A stretch of DNA of 63,572 bases, filler included. It is 9 parts of 9 records of this genome, joined end to end, with 100 filler letters (N's around TTAATTAATTAA, not from the genome) between each part and the next. Parts side by side here need not be neighbours in the genome. Positions count along the whole stretch, not along the records: positions 52,197 to 57,611 come from SRR31156797_97329; positions 57,712 to 63,572 come from SRR31156797_97556; 7 more parts are not named here. One strand, given 5' to 3'. The position numbers and the translations under genes are program-made. Below, piece by piece: positions 54,505 to 63,371 of the stretch. Positions within the stretch are counted from its first letter, which is position 1, and every line of letters begins with the position of its first letter. The notes under the pieces were generated by a model. It was not told the DNA's origin. It searched no databases and was given only the letters and a program-made list of their open reading frames with translations.

Positions 54505-55134
54505 CTATCCTTTCTGAGTACTCAGGCTATCGGTCTGTTCTTGAAGGCAAATGCAAAATAGTTCCATGCGGGATTTCAATTTTTCTCCCTTGCGCAGAAG
54601 TATACCTCCGAGGATCAGTCCCGGAACAGCTGCCACCAGACCACTTTGAGTGGTAACTAAAGCTTCGGATATACCCGAAGCCAGCGCACGTGCGTTTCCA
54701 GTCCCAAACTGGGCGATTACATCAAAGGTCGAAATCATACCGGTTACTGTCCCCAGAAGACCTAGTAGTGGAGCCGCGGCCGCAAGAATCAGGATCGTAC
54801 CGATGTTGCACATAGTGTTGAATTCATGACGTACCCGTATTGATTTCAGCAATTCTCTGTTTAAATCAGGATCATTACCGTTCGCATCCATATGTTCCGA
54901 GAGAATATCGTATTGCCATACAGGGAGTTCCGTTTTGCATGATCGCGGTTCATTCTCATACATTTCCAGACATTTAGCCGGAGACTGCTCCTTGTTGCTT
55001 TCACGAAAAAAACGAAGGCTCTTATATATGGCTAAAGTCCACATGATGAGAGAGAGGATCAGCAGTGCAATCATAATGTCGCCGCCGGCCTGAAAATGCT
55101 CAGTTAGGAGTTCCATGATGTTATATTGCTGCAT
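54505..55134 (-). CDS. exbB: ExbB (short)
   Basis: AAPLLGLLGTVTGMI, GISEALVTTQSGL. Confidence 0.92.
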   Translation of the reverse strand: MQQYNIMELLTEHFQAGGDIMIALLILSLIMWTLAIYKSLRFFRESNKEQSPAKCLEMYENEPRSCKTELPVWQYDILSEHMDANGNDPDLNRELLKSIRVRHEFNTMCNIGTILILAAAAPLLGLLGTVTGMISTFDVIAQFGTGNARALASGISEALVTTQSGLVAAVPGLILGGILLRKGEKLKSRMELFCICLQEQTDSLSTQKG

Positions 55135-55135
55135 G

Positions 55136-56545
55136 TTACTCGTCCCTGCTTTTGAGTTTGCCTTTTTTCATCAGGGCAACAGCGAATCCGGAACCTTTTT
55201 CTTCCATGTCACTGATGATCTTATCCACGCGGCGGTCAAGAATATGATGCAGGATCATGATCGGGACAGCCACAGCCAGCCCTAGCTGGGTGGTGACCAG
55301 TGCTTCGGATATCCCGCCGGACATCATCCGGGGATCACCAGTGCCGTATAGAGTTATGATCTGGAAAGTGCTGATCATTCCGGTAACTGTACCCAAAAGA
55401 CCCAGCAGCGGGGCCACTGCGGCTAGAACATTCAGCGTAGGCAGGGAACGTTCCAGAATCGGGAGTTCCTTAAGCAGGCCTTCTTGAAACGCATTTTCAA
55501 TAATTTCCCGTGCCTGTCCCATATAACTCAGGGTGTGTCCGATGATCCGGCAGGTGGGGTATTTAGATTGTTCGTTGCAGAAAGTGCGGCATTGATCCCA
55601 CTCGTCGTTGGCAATCATCTTCAGGATCGTTCCCATGTTGCGGTCCGAGTTGCTGCGGATTCTGCTAAGGGTGTAGAACCGTTCGATCACCAGAATAAAG
55701 GCAGTTATCCCGACGATGATTATGGGCCAGACCAGCAGCCCCCCGGCACTCAGCCATTCCTGTATACTTTTCTGCTGCTGCGCCAGCCGGGCAAAAGAGG
55801 CCCCGTTTGAGATATCCACAGGAAAAGCAACGCCATTGTTATCAAGAAAACTGTTCATGGTTTTTGAGATGGACCAACCCGGTTCACCTTTTACCGCTAT
55901 AAGTTTGTCGCCGCCGGGGGAAGGACGCAGAAAACCTAATGTTCCATCGGGCTGGCGGTAGGCAGAGGTGAATGAGCCGATACGGAGTACTTCACCTGAT
56001 TTTTCAGTTCCATCCGCTCCGGTGAATTTGCCCTCGCGTCGGTCTATTTCGCCGGATGCAACCATTTCATCCATAAACAGGCCCAGCAGATTTTGGATAC
56101 CGCTTAATCCGGCAAATGTGTTGGCTTTCAATACTTTTTTTAAAACGACAGCTCGTTCCGGGTGTTCAGGAGTGGTTAGACTTTCATAGAAATAATCCCG
56201 GGCCTGCTTGGCTGAGGTCCGAATAGTTCCGTCGATGGTTTGGATTTCCTGGGACTGTTCGGCCAGTTCTTTGTTGAGCTGTTTTTCTTCCTTTAGCAGT
56301 TTTTCATATCTGGTTTTGAGCGCATCAAATTTGTTTTGTTTAGAGTTGATGCTTTTGTCGAGTTGCTGTTTATCAGCTTTCAGCTCACTGCGTTCTTTTG
56401 CAATAAGGGCTTTGGTTGTTTTTGCATTTTGTTCAGCTTTTATAACAACGCTGTCAACGGCTTTGGCGGTGTCAGTCCAGCTCTGCGCTCCTGCACAGAA
56501 AGGAAAAGATAAGCAAAGTAAAAGACAATATACGACTATTTTCAT
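55136..56545 (-). CDS. TtpC-like long MotA/TolQ/ExbB protein with periplasmic coiled coil
   Basis: Signal peptide, coiled coil, VLRIGSF, PVDIS.G, then APLLGLLGTVTGMI..GDPRMMSGGISEALVTT. Confidence 0.88.
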   Translation of the reverse strand: MKIVVYCLLLCLSFPFCAGAQSWTDTAKAVDSVVIKAEQNAKTTKALIAKERSELKADKQQLDKSINSKQNKFDALKTRYEKLLKEEKQLNKELAEQSQEIQTIDGTIRTSAKQARDYFYESLTTPEHPERAVVLKKVLKANTFAGLSGIQNLLGLFMDEMVASGEIDRREGKFTGADGTEKSGEVLRIGSFTSAYRQPDGTLGFLRPSPGGDKLIAVKGEPGWSISKTMNSFLDNNGVAFPVDISNGASFARLAQQQKSIQEWLSAGGLLVWPIIIVGITAFILVIERFYTLSRIRSNSDRNMGTILKMIANDEWDQCRTFCNEQSKYPTCRIIGHTLSYMGQAREIIENAFQEGLLKELPILERSLPTLNVLAAVAPLLGLLGTVTGMISTFQIITLYGTGDPRMMSGGISEALVTTQLGLAVAVPIMILHHILDRRVDKIISDMEEKGSGFAVALMKKGKLKSRDE

Positions 56546-57297
56546 TTCGCCACTCCCAGCGGAAGTTCTAATAATTCAACAGCGCGCTTTCGTTCCGCCA
56601 TGTCTTTGGCGCGGTGCAGGGTCAAAGCATATGTGGGGGCCAGAGTTTGCCAGTTGTTCAAGTCTCTATCCCAGATTCCGACTTCAGAGCCGTCTGTTGT
56701 CTGGTAGTAAAGGGCTGCCCGGCCAAGGCGAAAGATGATGACCTGAGTAGGTGTCCCGTTAATAATTAATTCCTGTGTGGAAGTGGAAACATTTTGGCCG
56801 TATTCAGTTTCGACAAGTAAGGCCTCAAATACCCGGCGCAATTTTTCACTGAGCTGCAAATGGTAATCATCCAGAGAGGCACGCAGGAATTGGATTCGGC
56901 GGGTTCTTTCATCGTTTAGAAAGGGTAGGTCGGATTTCACGAAGAGTTCTAACTGATCAACAACTGTTTCCAGAAACGGTTCAAGCTCCATCTTAATTCG
57001 TTTGGCTTCTTCTTTGCGTCGCTTCAGCTCTGCTATTACTCCTTCCTGTTTTTTGATGTATCTGCTGTATTTTCGGTTCTGAAATTCCAGCCAAGCCTCA
57101 GTGGCTTTCAACTCGCGAATCTCATCAGATTCCTGTTCTTTGAGATCAGCCCAGTCTTGATATTGTTGTTGCGCTTTTGCCTCTATAACCACAGCTTTAG
57201 ATGCTTGTTCGTGTACAGCTTTAACCTGCGTATTACCCATGGCCGGGGCAGATATCAGTAGCTGTGCAATAAGAGAAAGAAGGATAAATTTATTCAT
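56542..57297 (-). CDS. DUF3450-family (TtpB-like) protein
   Basis: Signal peptide, coiled coil, DLPFL..ER..RI, SEKLRRVFEAL.VE.EYG, FRLGRAALYYQ. Confidence 0.85.
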   Translation of the reverse strand: MNKFILLSLIAQLLISAPAMGNTQVKAVHEQASKAVVIEAKAQQQYQDWADLKEQESDEIRELKATEAWLEFQNRKYSRYIKKQEGVIAELKRRKEEAKRIKMELEPFLETVVDQLELFVKSDLPFLNDERTRRIQFLRASLDDYHLQLSEKLRRVFEALLVETEYGQNVSTSTQELIINGTPTQVIIFRLGRAALYYQTTDGSEVGIWDRDLNNWQTLAPTYALTLHRAKDMAERKRAVELLELPLGVAK

Positions 57298-57329
57298 AGA
57301 GTCTCCTGACATTCGAACATTAGGAATAT

Positions 57330-57418
57330 ATTGAAAATCGCGTTCGTATATAGGCAAATCCCAATTGCGGTTTCTAACATCTGGCGAATTGATTGTTGCT
57401 GATTATGAATTTCAATTG
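57330..57418 (-). promoter_or_regulatory. Two Fur-box-like sites upstream of the TonB operon
   Basis: ATTGAAAATCGCGTTCGTA (57330-57348) and GCTGATTATGAATTTCAATTG (57398-57418) resemble TGA-AATnATT-TCA Fur boxes. Confidence 0.55.
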
Positions 57419-57475
57419 CAGCGTTGTGTGCTAAGCCAGAAAGAAAAAGGGGGGGAGATGTTTTCTGTTGTATAG

Positions 57476-57511
57476 AAATAGCCCCTTACACAAATGTGTA
57501 AGGGGCTATTT
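57476..57511. terminator. Intrinsic terminator downstream of the tRNA fragment
   Basis: AAATAGCCCCTTACAC-AAAT-GTGTAAGGGGCTATTT, 16-bp perfect stem. Confidence 0.85.
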
Positions 57512-57524
57512 TATTTGAAAGAAT

Positions 57525-57572
57525 TGGCGGGCAATACAGGATTCGAACCTGTATCCTTCAGCTCCGGAGGCT
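57525..57572 (-). tRNA. 3' part of tRNA-Arg(CCG) only (fragment, probable att site)
   Basis: Minus strand AGC-CTCCGGA-GCTGA-AGGAT-ACAGG-TTCGAAT-CCTGT-ATTGCCC-G-CCA. The upstream 39 nt contain no acceptor 5' strand or D-arm. Confidence 0.85.
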
Positions 57573-57611
57573 ACGGAATTATATCCGGTGTATGTTATTT
57601 CAGGTAGTTAA

Positions 57612-57711
57612 NNNNNNNNNNNNNNNNNNNNNNNNNNNNNNNNNNNNNNNNNNNNTTAATTAATTAANNNNNNNNNNNNNNNNNNNNNNNNNNNNNNNNN
57701 NNNNNNNNNNN
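57612..57711. other. Artificial contig spacer
   Basis: N44-TTAATTAATTAA-N44. Confidence 0.99.
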
Positions 57712-57846
57712 ACCCAACCGAAAAAGGCCGAACGTGCCTTTCCGGGCCATCCGAGAACCAGTATAATAGCAAGGTGATGATTTTTGTTTCTGCGGGCGGA
57801 ATCCGTAGCCACCGGAAGCACTGTGTTGAAGGACGGGAGGCATGCT

Positions 57847-59217
57847 GTGAACCACGAAGGCATCAATCGACGAACGTTTCTCAAGACGACCGCAGCAACG
57901 ACACTGGCCCTGCCGACACTGGTGCAGTCCTCAGCCTTGGGCAGAGCCGGCAGCATCCCGCCCAGCGAGCGCATCACGATGGGATGCATCGGGGTCGGCG
58001 GGATGGGCACCAACAACATGCGGGCCTTCCTGGCCCACGACGATGTGCAGGTCCAAGCCGTCTGCGACGTGGTTGAAGCCAGTGACGAGTACGGCCACTG
58101 GTACAAGAAAGGCTGGAAAGGCGCCTGGTTCGGCCGTGAGCCGGCCCGCAGCATCGTCGAGGACCACTACGCACAGAAGAGCCGGGCGGGCAGCTACCGC
58201 CGCTGCGATGCCTACGTGGATTTTCGCGACATTATCGCACGCGACGACATCGACGCGGTCTGCATCACCACCCCCGACCACTGGCACGCGATCCCGGCGA
58301 TCATGGCAGCGACCGCGGGAAAGGACATCTACTGCGAGAAACCGCTCAGCCTGACCGTGACCCAAGGCCGTGCCATCGCGAAGGCCGTACAGCGCTATAA
58401 CACCGTCTTCCAAACCGGCACGCAACGCCGTTCGAACGCGTTGTATCGTTCCATCTGTGAACTGATCCGCAACGGCCGCATCGGAGAGTTCCAGAGAGCC
58501 CTGGTCGCGATCGGCGCTAACAACAAACAGGCCCCGCCCAGTGACTGGACGCCGATGCCGGTCCCTGATTGGCTGGATTACGATATGTGGCTTGGGCCCG
58601 CCCCGGAGGCCCCCTACCACAAGGACCGCTGCCTTTACACCTTCCGTTTCGGCGCCGACTATTCCGGCGGCCAGACGACGAACTTGGGCGCGCACGGAAT
58701 CGACATCGTCCAATGGGCCAATGGCACGGACGAGACGGGCCCCGTCGAGGTCGAGGATCTGGGCGGCGAATTCCCCTCGGACGGCCTGTTCTCCACGGCA
58801 ACCAAAGTCAACTTTCGGGCCCGCTATGCCAACGGCACCGAACTGATTTGCAGGACCCAGAAGGACGAGATCTATCGCTTCGAAGGGAGCGAGGGCTGGA
58901 TCCAGTTGCCGGTCTACTCAGACGAGATAACCTGTCATCCCGAATCGCTGAAGACGACCGTCATCGGCCCGGATGAGATTCAGCTCTACAAGAGCAACGA
59001 CCATCACCGCAATTTCCTCGACTGCATCAAGAGCCGCGCGCGTACGGCCGCCCCGGCTGAGATCGGCCATCGCTCCGTCTCGATCTGCCACTTGGGCAAC
59101 ATCGCCATGCAGCTCCAAGCCAAGCTGCACTGGGACCCGGGGGCAGAGCGGTTCACCAACAGCGACGAAGCCAACCGGATGCTGGCCAAGCCGATGCGCG
59201 AACCATGGCACCTGTAG
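57847..59217 (+). CDS. Tat-exported Gfo/Idh/MocA oxidoreductase
   Basis: NRRTFLK Tat motif; IGVGGMG, TPDHWH, YCEKP, QTGTQRRS, WLGPAP, GAHGID; GTG start after GGGAGG. Confidence 0.93.
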   Translation: MNHEGINRRTFLKTTAATTLALPTLVQSSALGRAGSIPPSERITMGCIGVGGMGTNNMRAFLAHDDVQVQAVCDVVEASDEYGHWYKKGWKGAWFGREPARSIVEDHYAQKSRAGSYRRCDAYVDFRDIIARDDIDAVCITTPDHWHAIPAIMAATAGKDIYCEKPLSLTVTQGRAIAKAVQRYNTVFQTGTQRRSNALYRSICELIRNGRIGEFQRALVAIGANNKQAPPSDWTPMPVPDWLDYDMWLGPAPEAPYHKDRCLYTFRFGADYSGGQTTNLGAHGIDIVQWANGTDETGPVEVEDLGGEFPSDGLFSTATKVNFRARYANGTELICRTQKDEIYRFEGSEGWIQLPVYSDEITCHPESLKTTVIGPDEIQLYKSNDHHRNFLDCIKSRARTAAPAEIGHRSVSICHLGNIAMQLQAKLHWDPGAERFTNSDEANRMLAKPMREPWHL

Positions 59218-59252
59218 CAGCATTCAAACCAATGATGTCCAGGAGAAGAACG

Positions 59253-60005
59253 ATGCATCGAATCTACGTATCGCTCCACGGGACAGTGTTCCTGGCACTG
59301 CTGTTCACGGGCAGCGCGCTGGCGGCCCAGCCGGTGGCACTGGACAAGGACCCCAATCTCGCCGGCTGGTGGAAGTTCGACGAGACGGCCGGCAAGACCG
59401 CTGCCGATGCGTCAGGACACCAGCGAAACGGAACGCTCAAGGGGAATCTGTCCTTTGAGACCTGTTCGGTGCCAGGCAAGACGGGCCAAGCCATCAAGTT
59501 TGAAGGCGGCGAGACTCTCGTCGAGGTCGCTGACTACAAGGGAATCACCGGGACGCACGCCCGGACCATCGCGGCCTGGATCAGGACGGCCACCACCCGG
59601 GGCCAGATCGCCTCCTGGGGCACGAACGACTTCGGCAAGATGTGGAATTTCGGCTTCGTTCGAGGCCGCATCGGAGTCACACCGCATGGCGGCTATTACT
59701 ACATGAACCCGGAAACCCACGACGACCAGTGGCATCACATCGCGGCCGTCGTCCGGGAAGCGGAATGGCCCAACCTGCATGACGACGTGACGCTCTATCT
59801 GGATGGCGCGATCGCGGAGGTCCACGACATCGGCCTCCTGGACCTCTGGCCCCTCGAAACGGGCAACGAACTCGACGTCCGCATCGGCCAGGGATTCAAA
59901 GGGTGCCTGGACGACCTGCGTCTCTACAACCGCGCTCTTTCCGATGAGGAGATCCAGGTCCTCTTCCGACTGGAAAGCGACCGTCCGGCGCCGGAGAACC
60001 ATTGA
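59253..60005 (+). CDS. Secreted LamG/concanavalin-A-like jellyroll protein
   Basis: Signal peptide; LAGWWKFDE..G..AADASG, RTIAAWI, DDQWHHIAAV, LYLDG, FKGCLDDLRLYNRALS..EI. Confidence 0.9.
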   Translation: MHRIYVSLHGTVFLALLFTGSALAAQPVALDKDPNLAGWWKFDETAGKTAADASGHQRNGTLKGNLSFETCSVPGKTGQAIKFEGGETLVEVADYKGITGTHARTIAAWIRTATTRGQIASWGTNDFGKMWNFGFVRGRIGVTPHGGYYYMNPETHDDQWHHIAAVVREAEWPNLHDDVTLYLDGAIAEVHDIGLLDLWPLETGNELDVRIGQGFKGCLDDLRLYNRALSDEEIQVLFRLESDRPAPENH

Positions 60006-60022
60006 TAGCTAAGGAGAACGCC

Positions 60023-61027
60023 ATGAATGACAAGCCCGTATCCCGCCGCCAGTTCATGCATCAAGCCGCGACTACCGCCGCAGGCGTCGCCCTTGGTCTT
60101 GGCGCCGCTCAGACCGCGAGAGCTACCGACAACACATCCAAGATCCTTAGCTACAATCCCGACATGGAATACCGTCGGCTGGGCAAGACTAACATCATGG
60201 TCTCGGCCGTCTGCCTCGGGGGACATTCGCGCAGCAACGACAAGGAACGGGCCGACATCATTAGTCGCTGTATGGACGCGGGCATCAACTACATCGACGC
60301 CTGCTGGGACAATGAGGTCAAGCGGGACGCCAAAGCCCTGCGCGGGAAACGCGACAAGGTGTATCTGGCCCTTTCGCATGGTGCCAAGGAAGTCCGCCAG
60401 GAAGACTTCCGCACGTCCAAGAAACTGCTGGCCTCGCTCGATGAGTTGCTGCGCGACTCGAAACAGGAATACACCGATCTGTGGCGCATCACCTGCCTGG
60501 AACCGGGCGGCCGGCACTCCTTCAATACCGCCTGCGAAATCGTAGCCGCGTTGGAGAAGGCCAAGAAGCAAGGCAAGGCCCGCTTCGTCGGATTCTCCTC
60601 GCACGATCGGCGCTGGATCAAGTTCATGATCGAGTATTTCCCTCAGATCGAGGTGGTTTGTTTTCCCTTCACGACCATGACCAAGCGGGCGCCCCAGGAC
60701 AGTCTCTTCGAGGCGCTGAAGCAGCGCGACGTCGGCGCCTTCGGCATCAAACCGTTCGCTGCCGCTTCGCTCTTTGACCCCGATAAGGGACCGGAGGACT
60801 GCAACCGTCGCGGCCGCCTGGCTCTTCGGTATATCCTTCACAGCCATACCGTGGTTCCCATTCCGGGGATGAACCGGCCTGAAGAAGTGGAGAACGTGAT
60901 CAAAGCCGTGTCGGAACGGCGCCAGTTGGACGTCAATGAACGGGCCGAGCTGGAGACGGCGAGCCGACAGGCCTGGGCGACCCTGCCCAACCATTATCAG
61001 TGGCTCAAGAACTGGCAATACGTCTAG
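60023..61027 (+). CDS. Tat-exported aldo/keto-reductase-fold protein
   Basis: SRRQFM Tat motif; MEYRRLGKT..VSAVCLGG, GINYID, GKARFVGFSSH, ALRYIL, PIPGM; AAGGAG RBS. Confidence 0.88.
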   Translation: MNDKPVSRRQFMHQAATTAAGVALGLGAAQTARATDNTSKILSYNPDMEYRRLGKTNIMVSAVCLGGHSRSNDKERADIISRCMDAGINYIDACWDNEVKRDAKALRGKRDKVYLALSHGAKEVRQEDFRTSKKLLASLDELLRDSKQEYTDLWRITCLEPGGRHSFNTACEIVAALEKAKKQGKARFVGFSSHDRRWIKFMIEYFPQIEVVCFPFTTMTKRAPQDSLFEALKQRDVGAFGIKPFAAASLFDPDKGPEDCNRRGRLALRYILHSHTVVPIPGMNRPEEVENVIKAVSERRQLDVNERAELETASRQAWATLPNHYQWLKNWQYV

Positions 61028-61057
61028 TCGACTTATCAGGCGCCGAAAACGACACCC

Positions 61058-61675
61058 ATGCGAAAGACAAGGATGGTCCACCCGCTAATGGAAAATGGTT
61101 TCCACTCGAGGAATAGTCTCTATATCTTGATGACGGCTGCCGCCCTGTTCGTTGCCAACGGCTGCAGGCAAAACAGTGACTCCTCCGAATCCGAAATGGC
61201 CGGTTCCACAAACGCAGCTCAAACCTCCGTTGCGGCCACATCCTCTGCGCCAGAAGAAGAACATGTGCTGCTCCTGGAAGACGAACCGCTCCTGCTTCTG
61301 GAAGACGACTCGACCTCTGCGGCACCGGACGAACCGGTTGCCGACAATACACGGTGCTTCGTCTGTCACGCCAACTATCTCGACGAGAAGATCGCCGTCA
61401 TCCACGCCCGGGCGAACATCGGCTGCGCCCGCTGTCACGGCGAAAGCGACGCCCATATCGCCGACGAATCCTGGGGCTCGGGCGGAAACGGGACGGCCCC
61501 CGACACCATGTACCCGAAAGAGAAGATCAATCCGTCTTGCCTGCGGTGCCACCCCAAGGACCAGATCGACACACCGCAACACGAACCGGTTTTCGCGAGC
61601 GCTGCAGAGAGCACAGTCTGCACCGATTGCCATGGCGACCACCGTCTCAGCGTCCGCCGCTGCACCTGGAAATAG
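61058..61675 (+). CDS. Tetraheme c-type cytochrome, probable lipoprotein (start may be 61089)
   Basis: CFVCH, CARCH, CLRCH, CTDCH; hydrophobic stretch ending ANGC; acidic low-complexity linker. Confidence 0.85.
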   Translation: MRKTRMVHPLMENGFHSRNSLYILMTAAALFVANGCRQNSDSSESEMAGSTNAAQTSVAATSSAPEEEHVLLLEDEPLLLLEDDSTSAAPDEPVADNTRCFVCHANYLDEKIAVIHARANIGCARCHGESDAHIADESWGSGGNGTAPDTMYPKEKINPSCLRCHPKDQIDTPQHEPVFASAAESTVCTDCHGDHRLSVRRCTWK

Positions 61676-61946
61676 ACGACTCGACCCGTCATGGCCGTAT
61701 CCATCGGGGCCTCGTCATCGCTCGTTGGCCTGCCCCGGTCTCCTCGTTCTTGCCTGGCTCCGCCCGGGCCATCGGTCGAATCCACCGGGGGATGACGGAG
61801 CCATCCGAGGCTTCGTAGGCCGATTACGACAAAAGGCCATATTTTCACCGGACATTACAGAACTCCCGCCCGAGAACAGGCGTACGGCTATCGTTGACAG
61901 TGACGGACACCCAGGGGAAAAATTTCCGCGAAACTGGAGAAATCAG

Positions 61947-61987
61947 TTGCCATATAGGAGTCGCATCTATATAGTAATCGATACTAT
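61947..61987 (+). promoter_or_regulatory. Sigma70-type promoter overlapped by a PerR/Fur-like operator
   Basis: TTGCCA-17 nt-TATAGT; inverted repeat ATAGTA-ATCGA-TACTAT (61971-61987) covers the -10. Confidence 0.7.
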
Positions 61988-62054
61988 TTAAATAGAATAC
62001 ACCAGGGCTCGGTGACACGGGGCCCGCTGGCAGCCGCCTTGGCGAGGGCTAAGA

Positions 62055-62522
62055 ATGGGTCGAACACCTGATGGGATGAGCAAACAGGACGTCAAAGAGC
62101 GAATGGCCGCGTTCCATGCCAGATGTCATGAGACGGGGCTGAGAATCACGCCTCAGCGTACGGCGATCTACCGGGCCCTCGTGGAAACCAACGAGCACCC
62201 TTCGGCCGAGATGGTGTTTCGCCAAGTGCGTCGCGTCTTCCCCTCCATTTCTCTGGACACGGTCAACCGCACGCTTCTGACACTCAGTGACATGGGCACA
62301 GCCTTCATCGTGGAAGGGTCAGGCGGCGCCAAGCGTTTTGACGCCAACCTCGCAAGTCACCAGCATTTCAAGTGCATCAGGTGTAAGCGTATCATTGACT
62401 TTCACCATGAACCGTACGACCAGATTCCCATGCCGAAGAACCTTCCCTCTGCGTTTGCGGTCCTGCGAACCACCGTGTACGTGGAAGGGGTGTGCGACCT
62501 GTGCCGCAAGAACGAAGATTAG
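62055..62522 (+). CDS. perR: Fur-family regulator, PerR-like
   Basis: GLRITPQR, HPSAE, RFDAN..HQHFKCIRC, GVCDLC; upstream of rubrerythrin and peroxidase genes. Confidence 0.8.
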   Translation: MGRTPDGMSKQDVKERMAAFHARCHETGLRITPQRTAIYRALVETNEHPSAEMVFRQVRRVFPSISLDTVNRTLLTLSDMGTAFIVEGSGGAKRFDANLASHQHFKCIRCKRIIDFHHEPYDQIPMPKNLPSAFAVLRTTVYVEGVCDLCRKNED

Positions 62523-62574
62523 TGTCGATATTTCAGAATTGTCCCTTTTCACCCTAAGCTAATGGAGGTCATGA

Positions 62575-63147
62575 ATGAGTTTGAAAGGTACGGAGACAGA
62601 AAAGAATTTGCTGGCGGCCTTTGCCGGAGAATCTCAAGCCCGAAATCGGTATAGCTACTACGCCAGCGCCGCCAAGAAGGAAGGTTACGTTCAGATGGCG
62701 GCGATCTTCGAAGAAACCGCCAACCAGGAAAAGGCGCACGCCAAGCGACTGTTCAAATTCCTGGAGGGTGGCGAACTCGAGATTCAAGCCGCCTTCCCAG
62801 CCGGAGTGATTGGCACCACACTCGAAAACCTCAAGGCCTCGGCCGCAGGCGAGCACTACGAGACGACGGAAATGTACCCGAACTTCGCCAGAGTGGCGGA
62901 AGCAGAAGGCCTCAAAGAGATCGCAGCCGTGTTCAAGATGATCGCGGTGGCCGAGAAGCGACACGAGGACCGGTACGTCGCACTGGCCAAGAACATCGCG
63001 GACGGCACGGTCTTCAAGCGTCCCGCTCCAGTGCGATGGGTCTGCCGGAACTGCGGTTATGTCCACGAAGGCACCGAGGCCCCGAATATGTGCGCGGCCT
63101 GCGCCCATCCGCAAGCCCATTTCGAATTGGAGGCCGCGAACTACTAG
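62575..63147 (+). CDS. rbr: Rubrerythrin
   Basis: AFAGESQARNRY, EKAHA, GEHYE, EKRHE di-iron motifs; C-terminal CRNCGY...CAACAHP. Confidence 0.96.
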   Translation: MSLKGTETEKNLLAAFAGESQARNRYSYYASAAKKEGYVQMAAIFEETANQEKAHAKRLFKFLEGGELEIQAAFPAGVIGTTLENLKASAAGEHYETTEMYPNFARVAEAEGLKEIAAVFKMIAVAEKRHEDRYVALAKNIADGTVFKRPAPVRWVCRNCGYVHEGTEAPNMCAACAHPQAHFELEAANY

Positions 63148-63371
63148 GACAGATCTGCCAGGGTAAAGCATGCCCTTCGGACGTTGGTATGATGACGATT
63201 GACGAACTGGGGCAGGTAATCGACACCTGCCCCACCAAGTCCGAACATTGACATGACCTGGCAGCCGAATCGACCGGAACGGTGTACGAGCCAGTGCTGA
63301 GGTTCATCCGATTCCTGGTGATGGACTCGGTAACGAGCTGCCATAACGCAGACGAGAGCAAGGAGAAAACC

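Noticed and set aside
57525..57611. Intact tRNA-Arg gene
   Set aside because: No acceptor 5' strand or D-arm in the 39 nt available upstream; reported as a fragment instead.
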